From the human T2T-CHM13v2.0 reference genome, Homo sapiens, in NCBI RefSeq assembly GCF_009914755.1, contig NC_060931.1: 64,000 bases of DNA; one strand, given 5' to 3'. The translations under genes and the position numbers were made by a program. Shown in pieces: positions 1-25,462 of the stretch (position 1 is its first letter; each line of letters opens with the position of its first letter). The notes beneath the pieces were generated by a model. The model saw only the letters and a list, made by a program, of their open reading frames with translations, made no database searches and had not been told where the DNA came from.

Positions 1-94
1 ACCTGAGAGGCGGAGTTTGCAGTAAACCGAGATCGCACCACTGTACTCCAGCCTGGGGGACAGAGCAAGACTCTGTCTTGAGGGAAAAAAAAAG
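1..94 (+). mobile_element. Alu 3' end (cut by window edge)
   Basis: ...gagatcgcaccactgtactccagcctggg...A-tail. Confidence 0.95.
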
Positions 95-189
95 AATTAT
101 ATAATAGATCTACTTCCTACTCTTCCCTCCAGATGAAGAGCTCCTGGCTGGGGGTCAGACATATTCCTTTTGCCTCCCTGAACACCTCC

Positions 190-615
190 AAATGCCCCTC
201 CTCTGTCTGGGGAATTCCCCACCTTGTGAATTACATCCACCTTTTCAGACTCTCTTGCAGCTAAGGTTTAATCATGTGACCTGGGCTCCACCAATCCATG
301 CACCCATCAGACTCAGAATGAGAAGCAATGACCCAGGAAGTAGAGGCCATGTGGAATCCATTCTGGCTAGCAAAGGGTCAGCTCCCACATCCAGTTTCTG
401 AAGGCAGCACCATGACCCACGTCAGAGCCCAGTGGAAGGCCAGCCTGGCATGTGGTGGGATTTGGGGCCTCGCTTCTGATTGTACAGCCTCAGAGCCTGG
501 GACTCTGGCTTTCGGGGAGATACTGAGTTACATAGGAGCTTTGAATAAATTCCTTATCTGCCTAACCCAGCCAGAGTGGGTTTCTGTGTCTGGAATTACA
601 GACCCTGATGTGCTC
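190..615 (+). mobile_element. Old ERVL-class solo LTR (LTR33/LTR16-like)
   Basis: cttgcagcta..catgtgacctgggctccaccaatc core; 3' aataaattcctt..ccagagtgggtttctgt resembles the recalled consensus. Confidence 0.6.
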
Positions 616-674
616 ACCTCAGGACAATGAAAATGCTCTGGGAAGCCCTGGCTCAACCCAGCTGACAAGAGTCA

Positions 675-1440
<766 letters not shown>

Positions 1441-1715
1441 TCCCTTGTGGGAGAAGCCTGAGGTCTTGGCATGGTGAGAGCCAGGAAGGAGAAGAGCAGT
1501 TGCAGAGTGGCCCCGTGGCTTGGTGGGCAGCACACACTCCTACCTGAAGCCCCCAGGCCATTGATCACCTATGCAAAAGGCATGAGAAGGGCTGGCCAAT
1601 GCCTGCTGCTCCCGCCACTGTGGGTTTATTCATGAGCCCCGCGGAAAAGTATTTCCCAGGAATCTGGAGCTGCGGACTTGCTTTAACGCTCCACTTATCC
1701 CACTATTGATGTGGA

Positions 1716-2002
1716 TTTTTAGACGCAAGTTCTCGCTCTGTCGCCCAGGCTGGAGGGCAGTGTTACTATCATAGCTCACTGCAGCCTCAGCCTCCCTAGG
1801 CTCAGGTGATCCTCCTACCTCAGCCTTCCGAGTAGCTGGGACTACAGGTGTGCGCCACCACGCCCGGCTAATTTTTATATTTTTTGTAGAGGTAGAGTAT
1901 TGCCTTGTTAGCCAGGCTGGTCTCAAACTCCTGGGTTCAAGCAATCCACCCACCTCAGCCTCCCAAAGTGCTGGGATTGCAGGCATAAGCCACCGCGCCT
2001 GG
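1716..2002 (-). mobile_element. Alu (J-like)
   Basis: antisense Alu consensus. Confidence 0.95.
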
Positions 2003-2679
2003 CTCCCAACCACTAATGGTCTGTATCTAGGAGACTTGCACCTCTCCATTTATTTGCCAGGGACACCTGTCCAGCACACGTCAAGGAATGAGGCAGTGAT
2101 TGAGCGGCTTTGGAGTCTCTCTTCTTTCCCTAACATGGGCAGGCAGAAGGAAGTTCCCAAGGGGCCCCTCAGAGGGAATCTGGCAGCTCCAACCCACCAG
2201 CTTGGCTGCCATCGTCAGCAGAAGAGGACAATCGCATAGGGTCTCTGCTCCTCCAGGCCACAGCTGCCCAAGACTCGCACCTGGTCCTGCAAGCTGGCAT
2301 CAGTGGGGTTATCCTGGCCCTACAGGGCTGGCCCAGAATGACTCATAGCCCACACCAAACCGTGGATGGTGGAAGACTCTGGACTCCCTTCCCAAGATGT
2401 CTGTGACATCTTGTTGTGGACACAGCGTTAGTCATATGTCACAATTGCCCGGGACCCAGAGCCCAGCTTCCACTGAATTTCAGTTCAGGGACAGCCTCAG
2501 CTTCTTGCATGAGATGCCTTCAGCCTCCAGCACAGCCACCAGATGTCAAAATCCTTTACCTTAGTTTCCATGCCCAAAACCACTCACGACAGGCATCTGT
2601 GTGGGTAGGTTTACTGTCGCTTGGAGAGGCACAGGGATTTGCTTTGCAATTATCAGGACCTATTAAAATCCTTCTCCCT

Positions 2680-3214
<535 letters not shown>

Positions 3215-3535
3215 TCAGAGTCATCTTCTCAGCACAGTTCCTGGCACTTCTTATGTTGCAAGGACCTGAACTGAATGGACAGAGACCCAGACCTCAGAGA
3301 GTCCAGGAGAAGTGAGCCCTACGTGGACCAGAGCAGAGCCGGTGGGGTGATAACAGGATGAGAGAAGGCAAACCAGCCCTGGCAGGGACTAATGAGGGCA
3401 GTAGCCTCTCCTTGGAGGAGCCAGAGAAAGCTTTGCCAGAGAGGTCACAGGAAAGCCAGTCTTGGAGGGGTTTCATGAGCAGAAAAGGCAGCTGGGACGG
3501 TCAGCCAGCAATACCTCTCCAAGATGTAGCACTCA

Positions 3536-3875
<340 letters not shown>

Positions 3876-4164
3876 AATCCGGTTTAGTGTCTGCCTCCTC
3901 CATCAGACTGGAAACTCATGGAAGGTGAATGACAGGGGCTGAGGTGCAAGTTCAATCAGCCTCTGGCCCTGGGAGGAGGAAAGGGAAAAAGCAAGTTAGG
4001 GGATGGGACTGTAGTCGCAGCTCAGAGGCCCTGGGTGCCTCTGACACTGAGGCAGAAACAAGGGGGAGCATTAGCTGGATTTCTATCCTACACGTGTCAG
4101 CGGACGTGATGGTTTCAAACTGAAAGTGAGCAATTTGTGGGTCCTTGGGCCACACCTATGAAAG

Positions 4165-4318
4165 GCTTTTTTATTTTTTATTTTTTGAGACAGGGTCTGG
4201 CCAGCTATTTTGTTGTTGTTGTTGTGGAGATGGGGTTTCACTATGTTGCCCAGGCTGGTCTCGAACTCCTGGCTTCAAACGATCCTTCTGCCTCTGCCTC
4301 CCAAAGCACTGGGATTCG
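4165..4318 (-). mobile_element. Alu fragment/monomer
   Basis: antisense Alu left arm. Confidence 0.9.
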
Positions 4319-4731
4319 AAAGGCCTTTTATGTGAAACACTTGTGACCCACCAAAAATCCCATTGTAAGTCCTGTCGCTCTGACAAGCATCATAATCGCG
4401 CATCTGTCCAGAATTCTGCATTTAGGAGGAGGCTTTAAAGCCCACGTGCTCAGAGCTACGGTGTAGACCCTATACTCCACCATCCTGCCACAGGATTCAG
4501 GGAGCAGCTGGAGGTAAGATAATTGTAGGCTCCAGGCTCTGCACCCTGGGTGGGATTAGCATTAGTCAGTAGGTTTCTCTGTTCCCTCAATCTCCCCGCT
4601 CCCGGGACTTGCAAAGCAGTGAGAGTGGGCAACATGCCGTGTAACACAGTTAATTACACGTTGATTGCATTGTGCTGTAATTACTGTTCAGGCGTGTGGG
4701 GCTCCTCACCTGCACTGGATCCTGGAACTCA

Positions 4732-5165
<434 letters not shown>

Positions 5166-5253
5166 AACAGGAGAAAACAAAAAACCCCAGCGACAATCTT
5201 CCTCAAGCTCCTTGGCAATAGGAGGCCTTGCCGTCCCCACCCAGCCTGCCTGA

Positions 5254-5572
<319 letters not shown>

Positions 5573-6054
5573 GCTTCTTAAATGCGGCTGGGGCCAAGCA
5601 GAAAGATGGCCCTCTCTCATGCTAGGCAAACGCAGAGCCCACTGGACAGAGTTCCCTGAGATCGAGGCAGGGATGACGCATGGCTGCCTTGTGACCAGCT
5701 ATCTCTCCACTCTCTGGTGAACTATCCCAAGCCAGACCGTGGTTTTGTAATTTGAAGTCCAAGGCCGTGAATCAACATAATCTACTTATCAAGACCAAAG
5801 GCTGCGGTCGCCGTGCATGTAGAAGGAATAGCTCACAGTGCGTGGCGCCTTCATGCCAGAGGGCTGGGCCACACCCTGGTGCACACTGGGGGTGGTGCCC
5901 AAGGATCCTGCTGGACTAACCAAACACAGCCCTGGGCCACACCTTCCCACAGGCCTCTCAGCCCTCTCAGCTCTTCCACTTGGAGCCTGAGAGTCTGACA
6001 CCCCCCACCTCACCCCCAGTCAGCTCTGTGACTCCCAGTGCTCTGGCTTTGGGA

Positions 6055-6387
<333 letters not shown>

Positions 6388-6455
6388 TAAAACACAAAAC
6401 TTCGATCAGGGCCAAGTCTTTCAGCTTAAAACCCTTCAGTGCCTTCTGGGGATAA

Positions 6456-6874
<419 letters not shown>

Positions 6875-7199
6875 CTATTTTAGCTCTTTATAGTCCTCCT
6901 GTCCCCTCTTACCTGTGAGCCTCTGGGTAACGTCTTCAGCCTGTTATCTTTGCATCCAGCTAATTAGGTCACTTATTCCTACAGAAACCCATCTTTCAAG
7001 GAATGGCCATCCCTGCCAAGGCCACTGAGCCCTGTTGACCCTGGACTCTCTCCTGTCTCTTCCCTGGTGCTGGCCAGTGTGTCCACGTTGCTGTGATTGC
7101 TGAATTAATGTCTGTCCCTCCCTCCAGGCCGTGCATGATGACACCCCCTGTAGCTGCCATGGAGCCCAGCACCCAGTGGATATGCAAAAAGCCCACGTA

Positions 7200-7477
7200 G
7201 GCCGGGCATGATGGCTCACGCCTATAATCCCAGCACTTTGGGAGGCTGAGATGATCACTTGAGGCCAGGAGTTTGATACCAGCCTGGGCAACATAGTGAG
7301 ACTCCATCTCTACAAAAAATTTAAAAATTAGCCACTCATGCTGGCGTGCACCTGTCATCCTAGCTACTTGGGAGACTGAGGCAGGAGGATCACCTGAGCC
7401 CAGGAGTTCCAGGCTGCAGTGAGCTATGACTGCACCACTGCACTCCAGGCTGGCCAACAGAGTGAGACCCTGTCTCT
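7200..7477 (+). mobile_element. Alu (J-like)
   Basis: Alu consensus match. Confidence 0.95.
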
Positions 7478-7592
7478 GAAAGAAAAGAAAGAAAAGAGGG
7501 AAAGAAAGAGAGACAGAGAGAGAAAGAGAGAAAGGAAGGAAGGAAGGAAGGGAGGGAGGGAGGGAGGGAGGGAGGGAGGGAAAAGAAAAGAG
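7478..7592 (+). repeat. Polypurine compound microsatellite (GAAA/GA/GGAA/GGGA)
   Basis: directly visible; grown from the Alu tail. Confidence 0.95.
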
Positions 7593-8466
7593 TGGAAAAT
7601 TCAAGGTTGGTGTAAGCTGAATGAAAAAGCATTGTCCTGGAGTTGCACTTAAGCCCATTCCTGTTTTCAGCTTCTCGAACTCTCCCATTTTTCCCAAGCA
7701 TAAATTGATCCCAGTCCTCCTCTACCTATAACCCACCAAGAGCTTCCCATTGTGATTATAATAAAACCTAAGCTCCTTACCATCACTCACAGGCGACATC
7801 ACCTACAGGTCCTACAGGGACATGGTCCCTGCCTCCTCTTACATCACAGTGGGAAACTCTTAGAGGGTTCTAGGGGGAGAGGCGTCTTCCCTCCTGGATT
7901 GACATTTCAGCCACTTTGTGCCCCGACCCTCTCCAAGTTCATTTCCGTCTCCCTCTCTGCAGGGCCAGGTGATTCAGAAACTGATCGCATGCCAGAGAAC
8001 CAACGACCCACTGCCCTTCAGCCTCTTCACAGGGGCATTTGCAAGAGAAGGAGTTTTTCTTTTCACCAGCGTCATTCGGAATTGCCAGGACAAGGTGATA
8101 ATAAAAAGCAGACGGCTTTGAGTAATTTTATTATTGTTATTAAATTGGCTACAGACAAGGCATTCCCTCATTACCTGCACCTGGGAGGGACCACTTGCAC
8201 CACTGCCAGCCCCAGCCCCAAAGGAAGACGTCCACCATCCGTCCCTCCGCTGGGCAGGTATAGGAACAGAGGATGTGACCTCATGGCCACCCCATAGGGT
8301 CACCTGATACAGAATGAGGCAGGCACCAGCATGGATTTTATGTCACCCCACCAGGGTGATGAGGGGGGCAGCAGGCCCTCAGTCATGTGGTCACAGGGCA
8401 GGAGTTCAAGGAGTATCCACATGACAGGTTTTTGATTTGGGGCTTGGAAAGAAGTAAGGTATCCAT

Positions 8467-9904
<1,438 letters not shown>

Positions 9905-10720
9905 CTAGCCAGGCAGTGGAAATGCTTCTGAACAGTAAAATTTCAACAGAAACACCAGAGAAAGGAGATGCCGGCCAAGTGGGCAGAGAAAGCTTGGCCC
10001 GGAACACAGCTTCCCGTTCCAGCTTCCGCAGGGGGATTAAAGACAGATTCGGCCGCTCACATCCAGCCCTTGTGAGGGGCCCGCCGCTGCCCCAGGCATT
10101 AACACACACCTCCTGATTCATTTTGTCCTGACCACAGCCCTTCGGCATGCCCATTTTACCGGTGGTGGCACTGAGTCTCTGAGAAACGTAATGATTGCAT
10201 AGGGAAGCCAGGCTCTCTGCCGGCCGGGCCGGCGCAGGGCTGTTTTCAAGGGAAACTGAAACCTGAAACCTGACCTCCCTGCCCTGGCTCTCAGCACAGC
10301 CTCCTGCCACCCTCCCACTATCCCCACCCTCACCCCCCCCCGCCACTCCCATCCCCCTTCTCACCCATCTGCCTGCAGGCTGGTGGCTGGCCACTACTGG
10401 AAGACTTCCAGGCGCTCTCCCCTCTCCAGTCCCTGAAACATTTTGGAAGAAGGGAGAGGCCGGGAACTTTGGGTCCAACATGAAGGACATTAGTAGGTGT
10501 TAGAAAAAATAGTCAAGTGTGAAATAAATTCCTGCAAACCTCCCGGCCTTGCTGGGAACCTTCGCTTCACCATCCGACAAACCCACAGCTAATAAATCAG
10601 AGGCGGTGACCAGAGCTGGAATGACCAAAACAGCCTGAGCTGGATCCACACAGAGCCTCAGAGGGGCAGAGAAGGGAGCCCTCTGGCCACCTGCCCTCTC
10701 CTGTAGCGCCAGCTCCCTGA

Positions 10721-11044
<324 letters not shown>

Positions 11045-11648
11045 CTCCCCACGCTTTTTGAGTTCTCCCTGCAGACTTAGAATCTTTGGACAGCCTCCAA
11101 AATGACTCCCTTACAGCCACAGCTGGGTCCCAGGTCATGAGAGGTTTTCAGAGCGTCTGAACAGACAGGCCAGCTCAGGGATCTCTGAGAGGGTTTACCT
11201 CCCACTCTACCAAGCCTCCTCCTGAGACCGCAACCCCCATACCCTGAATCCTATTCCCAGCTGGCCAGGCCTTGTGCCACCTCTTCTCACCAGGCAGGAA
11301 TTGAGGCCCACAGAACAGAAGAGATCTGTCCAGAGCTTACTCTGAATCTATGTTCCCTCTCTGGGCCCCAGCATGTTGTGTCTGTACCTGAAGGATATAT
11401 GTACAACCTGACGTCTCATGTGGGCACGTGAATTGTAGCCGGCTGGCTCAACCAGAATCCAAGCTCTGTAAAGGCAAGGCTTGAGCCTGGCCTAATTTTT
11501 GCAGGCTAAAATGCTAGCTCAGACCCCAGCTATAGAAAGAAAGAAGAAAGGAGGGAAGAGAGGAAGAAGAAATGTGAAACAAGGAAGGTTTTGGAACTGG
11601 GATTTTATTCTGATGGGGCCACAGTAACAATGAATTGTACAATTCCTT

Positions 11649-12436
<788 letters not shown>

Positions 12437-12717
12437 AGGGATTTTGTTCTCCTGCTCTAGAGTGTGAAGTCCCAGGGAAGGGCTGTGATAGGCCCAGGTG
12501 GTGTCATGTGACCACCCCATTGGCCCAATCACGATGACCAGAACTGAGTCTGATTCAAGAAACAAGGAAATGGCCCAGGGCAGACAGAGTCCCAGATGTC
12601 CACTACACGTGGGTTTATTTCGTTTGCCCAGCATATCAGCTCTGGAAAGGAAGGCAAGAAGAAGGGGTAAGTACTATGGCCTCCACCTTCTGGCTGAGAA
12701 ACTGAGACCTTAAGAGA

Positions 12718-13047
<330 letters not shown>

Positions 13048-13139
13048 TGAAACACTAAGTGGAACCTGTACCTGCCCACACCCATTCCCCACAAAGGCCA
13101 GGCCACAGCTGCCCCCACATCAAAGGAAAATTCAACTGG

Positions 13140-13613
<474 letters not shown>

Positions 13614-13660
13614 TCAGATGAGAATCTCAGAGCTATGCATGATAGAATTGAAAGAGGTTT

Positions 13661-13938
13661 GGCTGGGCATGGTGCTCACACTGTAATCCCAGCACCTTGG
13701 GAGGCTGAGGCGGGCAGATCATCTGAGGTCAGAAGTTTGAGACCAGCCTGGCCAACATGGAGAAACCCTGTCTCTACAAAAATACAAAAATTAGTTGGGT
13801 GTGGTGGCACATGCCTGTAATCCCAGCTACTCAGGAGGCTGAGACAGGAGAATCACTTGAACTCAGGAGGCGGAGGTCAGCCGAGACTGTGCCACTGCAC
13901 TCCAGCCTGGGCAACAGGGCGAGACAACGTCTCCAAAA

Positions 13939-13950
<12 letters not shown>
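13661..13950 (+). mobile_element. Alu
   Basis: Alu consensus match. Confidence 0.95.
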
Positions 13951-13970
<20 letters not shown>

Positions 13971-14081
13971 AGGGAGGGAGGGAGGGAAGAAGGAGGGAAG
14001 GGAGGGAGGGAGGGAGGGAAGAAGGAGGGAAGGGAGGGAGGAAGGAAGGGAAAGAGGGAGGAGGGGAGGGAGGAAGGAAGA
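13951..14081 (+). repeat. GA-rich polypurine tract (GGGA/GGAA)
   Basis: directly visible. Confidence 0.95.
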
Positions 14082-14603
14082 CTGTCTACTTTTCAGGGTT
14101 AGTATGTAGCATTCAATGTAAAACTACACACAGAGTGATTAGAACCGGTCATAGCACACAGTGAACGCCAGTACAGCCTGTCTACTGCAGTTATTATCCG
14201 TGTGCCCTTTTACAAGTCTCCTGCCGTCTTGGAAACTTGGCTTCGCCATCTGCGTAACAGGTGAAATGGTGGCACCCCTTGAGGTGGGTCACATGAGTGT
14301 CACATGGGAAAAGTTTTGGAGCATGTCTTTGCAGTGTGTCCAGCTCAGATCAAAGGCAAGGGGTTGGGATTCTCTCACACCCTACAGGAGCCCCAGTGCA
14401 TAAAAATGGGCTATTCCTGCCCTCTGTGAGCTTACAGTCCAGTGCAGGGGACTATTAAACTATGCAAGGAGATGCAGCATGGAAGGACTTGCAGGCTGTA
14501 ATATATGGAATTTGGATTTTGTCTTAAATCCAATGAGAAACTATCAAAAAGTTGTAAGCAGGGGGAAATGTGATCTGATTGACATTTTAATAAAATTACT
14601 CTG

Positions 14604-15832
<1,229 letters not shown>

Positions 15833-16087
15833 TCAGTGAGTGGGTGCTATTGTGAGGGCGGGTCTGCTATCCTTGGAAACAGAGCTTCGGAGGGCCTAAG
15901 GGTGAGACCCTCGGGCCAGGGAGACCTGGACAGCCCCAACCCCTTCTTCCTAAGTCCCAGTACTCCCAAGTCTAGGGGAAATCTGGAGTCTTCCAAGGAC
16001 TTGGTTCTAACACAGTGGTGCACATTCCTGCAATTTTCAGGGAGAGAAGGGGCCCAGAGGGATGGAGCCAGCCTGGGCTGACTCCAG

Positions 16088-16126
16088 GGAGGAGGAAGAG
16101 GAGGAGGAGGAGGAGGAGGAGGAGAG
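16088..16126 (+). repeat. (GGA)n trinucleotide repeat
   Basis: directly visible. Confidence 0.95.
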
Positions 16127-16344
16127 GCACAGAGTGTGGCCTGGAAGCCCCTTCCTCAGTCTGTTTGCACAGCTGTCCAGGCCTGGCTGGGCAGGGAGGG
16201 AGTGAGTCATGGGTTTCCGGTTCACCAACCCCCACCTCCAGGGCAGGACAAGGTGCCTGCAGGTACAGAGTTTGGTGATGAAGTCTCCCCTGGGGAAGCT
16301 CCTCCTCTCTCCCTCCTCCCCAGCCCTTTGATCACACCTCTAGG

Positions 16345-17369
<1,025 letters not shown>

Positions 17370-17681
17370 TTAGGTTGTGTTTTTTTTTTCTTCCTTCCCC
17401 CAAGGGATGTCTCTTATCTGAAGGTTCTTAGGGGCTTTTGGTGCTGGGCTGTTTACCAATGGGTGACTGTTAGTGTCAGAACCAGCCTCTTGGGAAGAGT
17501 GAGGTGAAGAAAAGCAAGACCAGGTGAGCCCTCGGTCATCCACACAGCCACAGGAGTACAGGCTGGATGGGACAAGCACGCCCTGGGCAGTGAAGGACCA
17601 TGGCCACATCCAGCTCTCCTGCCAATTTCAGGCTCCGTCTTCCAAACAGGGCGCGATTTAGCCAAGTGAAAGTGAGTTGGT

Positions 17682-18281
<600 letters not shown>

Positions 18282-19107
18282 CGTTAGAACAGTGCTTGGT
18301 ACACAGTGATGGCTCAGTAGATGTGAGCCAGTTATGAGTACTTAAAGCATAGCCTGTGCAAAGAGGCCGTGCTTCTAGCTTCACCTTTCCAACAGCATCT
18401 TTCCAGAACTTTCTATCTCCTGGTGGGCAAGGACCGTGAGAAACACCATAACCTGGAGAGGAATTCTGGGTCTCAAGATGGCTCCAGTTGTGCCTGTCTT
18501 AGGCAAGTGGGGTGGTGTGTGTGTGAGGGTGAGGGGTCCCAGGAAGGGTCCCCACACTTCACTCCTGCACCTCTCGCTCCCCACAGCCCCCCTCCCCTTT
18601 TCTAACTCCAAAAAGCCCAGAGGCCCAGCCGTGTTTGGAGAAGGAGGGGGGCCCTGAAGCTTGGGCCACCTTCAAAGTGACTGCAGGGAGGAAGATGTGG
18701 ACACTAGACTACGTACTGACCACTCTGAGAAGGAAGCCCGCGGGGGAAGGTGGATGGGCGGTGGGCGTCACGGCAAAGGGGTTTAGGGGAGACAGGGATG
18801 TCTGTGAGCTGTGGGAGGTGCACACTGAAGACCAAAGAGGTGAGAATGGATGGAACTGCCCCTGAGAAGGGGGACAGGGGTCCCCTCCTCCCCTGAGAAG
18901 GAACAAACCGTTGCACTTGTCGGCAGGGCCCTGAGAAGTGGAAAGTGGATTTGATCTTCCTTAGACCATCACGTACCCGCAGCACCCTAGAATGTAAACA
19001 GGGCTGGGAATGCGATGACCAGGTCCTGGTACCTTAAGGGCTGGTACCTCTACCTCCATCGGGACCTGGTGCCAGAAATAAGAAGATTCTTAGACTATCC
19101 CCACTGG

Positions 19108-19967
<860 letters not shown>

Positions 19968-20000
19968 CTAGGCTCTGGCTCCAGCCCAGGGGGAAGAGCC

Positions 20001-20014
20001 ACAGCAGAGGCGCC
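20001..20014 (+). promoter_or_regulatory. CTCF-like motif
   Basis: ACAGCAGAGGGCGC vs core CCRSYAGRKGGCRS, 1 mismatch. Confidence 0.5.
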
Positions 20015-20528
20015 TTCTGCAAAGGCAGCGGGGACGGCCCCGGAGGCTGAGCCAGAGCGACCCCGGATCCGCCCCCGCCCCCCTCCATGAGGCCTCTCAC
20101 ACCCTCCCCCGGCCCAGGCCACCTCCCCCAAAGCCCACTCTCCGGAGGCCAAGGCTGTCTGGTGAACGGCTAGGGGCTGCTGGGCACAGAGTTCAACGCT
20201 GCAAATATTTATTAGACACCTACTGTATTCCCAGGCCCTGAGCAGAGCTGGCCTCCAAAACAAATGAGAACAGCCCTTGCCCTCAGGGAGACTGGGGGAC
20301 GCCACCCCTAACCTGGGAAGGTGAGAGGGGCTTCCAGGGCAGGGATACCCCCGACAGAACCTGCTCAAAGTGCCAGAGCTAGACAAGGAGGGAAGGCTTG
20401 GCTCCGCAGCAAAGCTCAAGGCAGAGCTCCGCCCCTCCCCCATCACCTTCAGCCCTTCCTCCGGTTTCTGCCAAGGGTCATCACTGAAAGCACCCTCAGA
20501 GTCTCTTTTAGAAAGCTACGGGTCTCTG

Positions 20529-20792
20529 CGGTCGTGGTGGCTCACGCCTGTAATCCCAGTACTTTGGGAGGCCGAGGCGGGCGGATCACTTGAGGTCAGG
20601 AGTTCGAGACGAGCCTGGCCAACAAGGAGAAATTCCGTCTGTACTAAAAATACAATATTTAGCCAGGTGGGATGGTGTGTGCCTGTAGTCCCAGCTACAG
20701 CCCATCGCTTGAACCGGTGATGAGCCGAGATCGTGTCACTGCGCTCCAACCTGGGCCAGAGCGAGACTCTGTTAAAAAAAAAAAAAAAAAAA
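20529..20792 (+). mobile_element. Alu with deletions in the right arm
   Basis: Alu consensus; TSD starting aaagctac. Confidence 0.92.
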
Positions 20793-21294
20793 GCTACCGG
20801 GCTCAGAAAATGGAGTCATGTAGGTAAGAGTGGAAGCAGGTGGCTGAGAGGCAGGCCCACACTAACTCCTTTTTGGAATCCCTGAGGTGCACACATAAAC
20901 AGGGGTGGCAGGAGGGCAGGCTGGAGAGGGCCCAGGTGAGCTGCTGACCCCCACGGGGCGGGGGGAGGTCACATCTGGGTCTGATGGCTCAGCCACAAGT
21001 GGTTTGAAAGGGGCCCTTTGCTGGAGGGAAGTAAGCCCAACCTCAGCTTGGTTACATCCCCAGAAAGCCCGGAGAGTTCTTTTTTTGTTTGTTTGTTTTT
21101 GTTTTTTAAGCCTGAGCTCATTTTTTAAGTTTTTAAGTGAATATTCAGTTTTGGTTTAAAGTTTTTAAATGAATACTAAGAGTTTTCGTTAAAGTTTTTT
21201 TTACGCATACTAAGTTCTTTCTTTCATTAAGCCTGGGTTGATTTTCAGCTTTTTAATGAATACCATTTTAATTATTTATTTTAAATACTAAGGT

Positions 21295-23300
<2,006 letters not shown>

Positions 23301-23391
23301 GCTTCTTTGATGAACGGATCCAAAATTTTCCGATCAGAAAATCTAGAAAGAAGGTATTTTAATTTCAGCATATGTGTAAGTTTCATGGTTT

Positions 23392-23586
23392 CAGGGGTGT
23401 CCAAGGGAGAGAATACAGTCACAGGCTCTTAGTTTCTGTTTCTGGTTGGGTCAGTAAATCCCCTTCCTCATCCCTCTTTTCCGCTTGTCACTAGAGACAG
23501 AAACTAAAAACCATGGTTTCAGGCTGCTAAAAGCCTAAAACAGAACAGAACAACAACAGCCAAACAAGGCAGGTTGGGCAAGCTTG
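23392..23586 (+). mobile_element. MER30B-like non-autonomous hAT-Charlie element
   Basis: starts caggggtgtccaa, ends ggttgggcaagcttg (MER30-type termini); interior matches recalled consensus. Confidence 0.75.
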
Positions 23587-24419
23587 ATAGGGTTTAGTAT
23601 CATTTTTTATTGTTTATTCTGTATGGACAGGGCACATCATCTGCTCATTGTGGGACCTGCGCAAGACCCAGATCAGGGCTACCTCCTCCAGGAAGCCTTC
23701 CAGGCTCTACAGGCTGCGTCAGGTCCTATCTGCCGTGCTCCCACAGCCCCTGGGGTCCTCACCATTGCAGTCCTCAATACGCAATATTGGAGTCATTGGT
23801 TTACCCATCCCTCTCCCTCATCACGAGCTCCTGGCGGCAGAAACTAGAGTCATTCCTCCCTGCGTCCCCAGTGGTGCAAGCAAGGTGCCAGGAACAGTTA
23901 GTGGCACTGAGTCTGAGAAGCAGGCTGGCCTGTGTAAGTTGCCTTCTGCTCCAGCTGTGTCCTGGGTTGTGATGGGATCAGACCGCCTTCTAAGAGGCCC
24001 TTTCACAAGCTTGCCACCCTCCCCCACCGGGTTGTGGGACCCTCTTTGGAGCCTCAGAGAAATCCCTTTCTTCCTGTCTCCCTGGACTCAGCCACCACCC
24101 TCCCAGCCTGCCGGGAGGGGACTCCCACAGGCACCTCCCCTCCCTGTCCAGCCCGGAGGAGGGGGATCAGATGCCGGGCTGGAGGCCCCTTGTCTGCACA
24201 GAGGCAGGATTTATCTCAGTTTGGGGAGGTCTGGGGCCCCCAAAGTCCTAGATCATCATTAGTTCCATCAAAGAGGCGGCTGTGATCTCAGAGACAAGAT
24301 GCATGGTGTTCAAATTGGAAACAGCCTGGTGGGCCGAGGGGCCGCGCTGGGCGGGGAGAGGGTTCGGGCCGCCTCCGGGGGACCCCAGGACACTGGAGGC
24401 ATCCCACAGACGGTCACAG

Positions 24420-24450
24420 GAAGAGGAGGAGGAGGAGGAGGAGGAGGGAA
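24420..24450 (+). repeat. (GAG)n trinucleotide repeat
   Basis: directly visible. Confidence 0.95.
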
Positions 24451-24689
24451 GAGAAAACATTCCACTCAGGCTCCAGGGAAGAGAGCCGTGCACAGATGGA
24501 GCAAAGCCAAGTCTGCGAGTCAAGGCGACCTCCCCACGGAGGCTGGAGAGAAAGGATGGCCAATTGTACTCACCAGTCACCCCATGAGGGTCCTACTGCG
24601 TCCCACCCCGCACCGCAAACCTTCGTGGGCCCTGTCTCACCACCCACAGCAACCCCTGAGAACTAGAAAGTGAAGGAATGCATTGCCTT

Positions 24690-24810
24690 TGCTTTACAGA
24701 TGGGGAAACTGAGGCTCGGGTGGGGGGAGGGCAAATGGATGTGCCCTAGATCACCAGGGGTACCTGGCACGGCTGGGGTTCCAGCCCAGGTGCCTGGGTC
24801 TCTGGAACTT
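24690..24810 (-). mobile_element. MIR fragment
   Basis: tttacagatggggaaactgaggctc core. Confidence 0.7.
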
Positions 24811-24845
24811 CACCCTGACTCTGGAAAGCCATAGCAAGGAATTGG

Positions 24846-25462
<617 letters not shown>

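Noticed and set aside
7530-7550. GGAA run as an EWS-FLI1-type response element
   Set aside because: Only about four consecutive GGAA units; ordinary Alu-tail derivative.
23648-24673. 204-aa and poly-E/G/S ORFs
   Set aside because: Partly L2-like or GAG-repeat derived; no homology recognised and no splice support.
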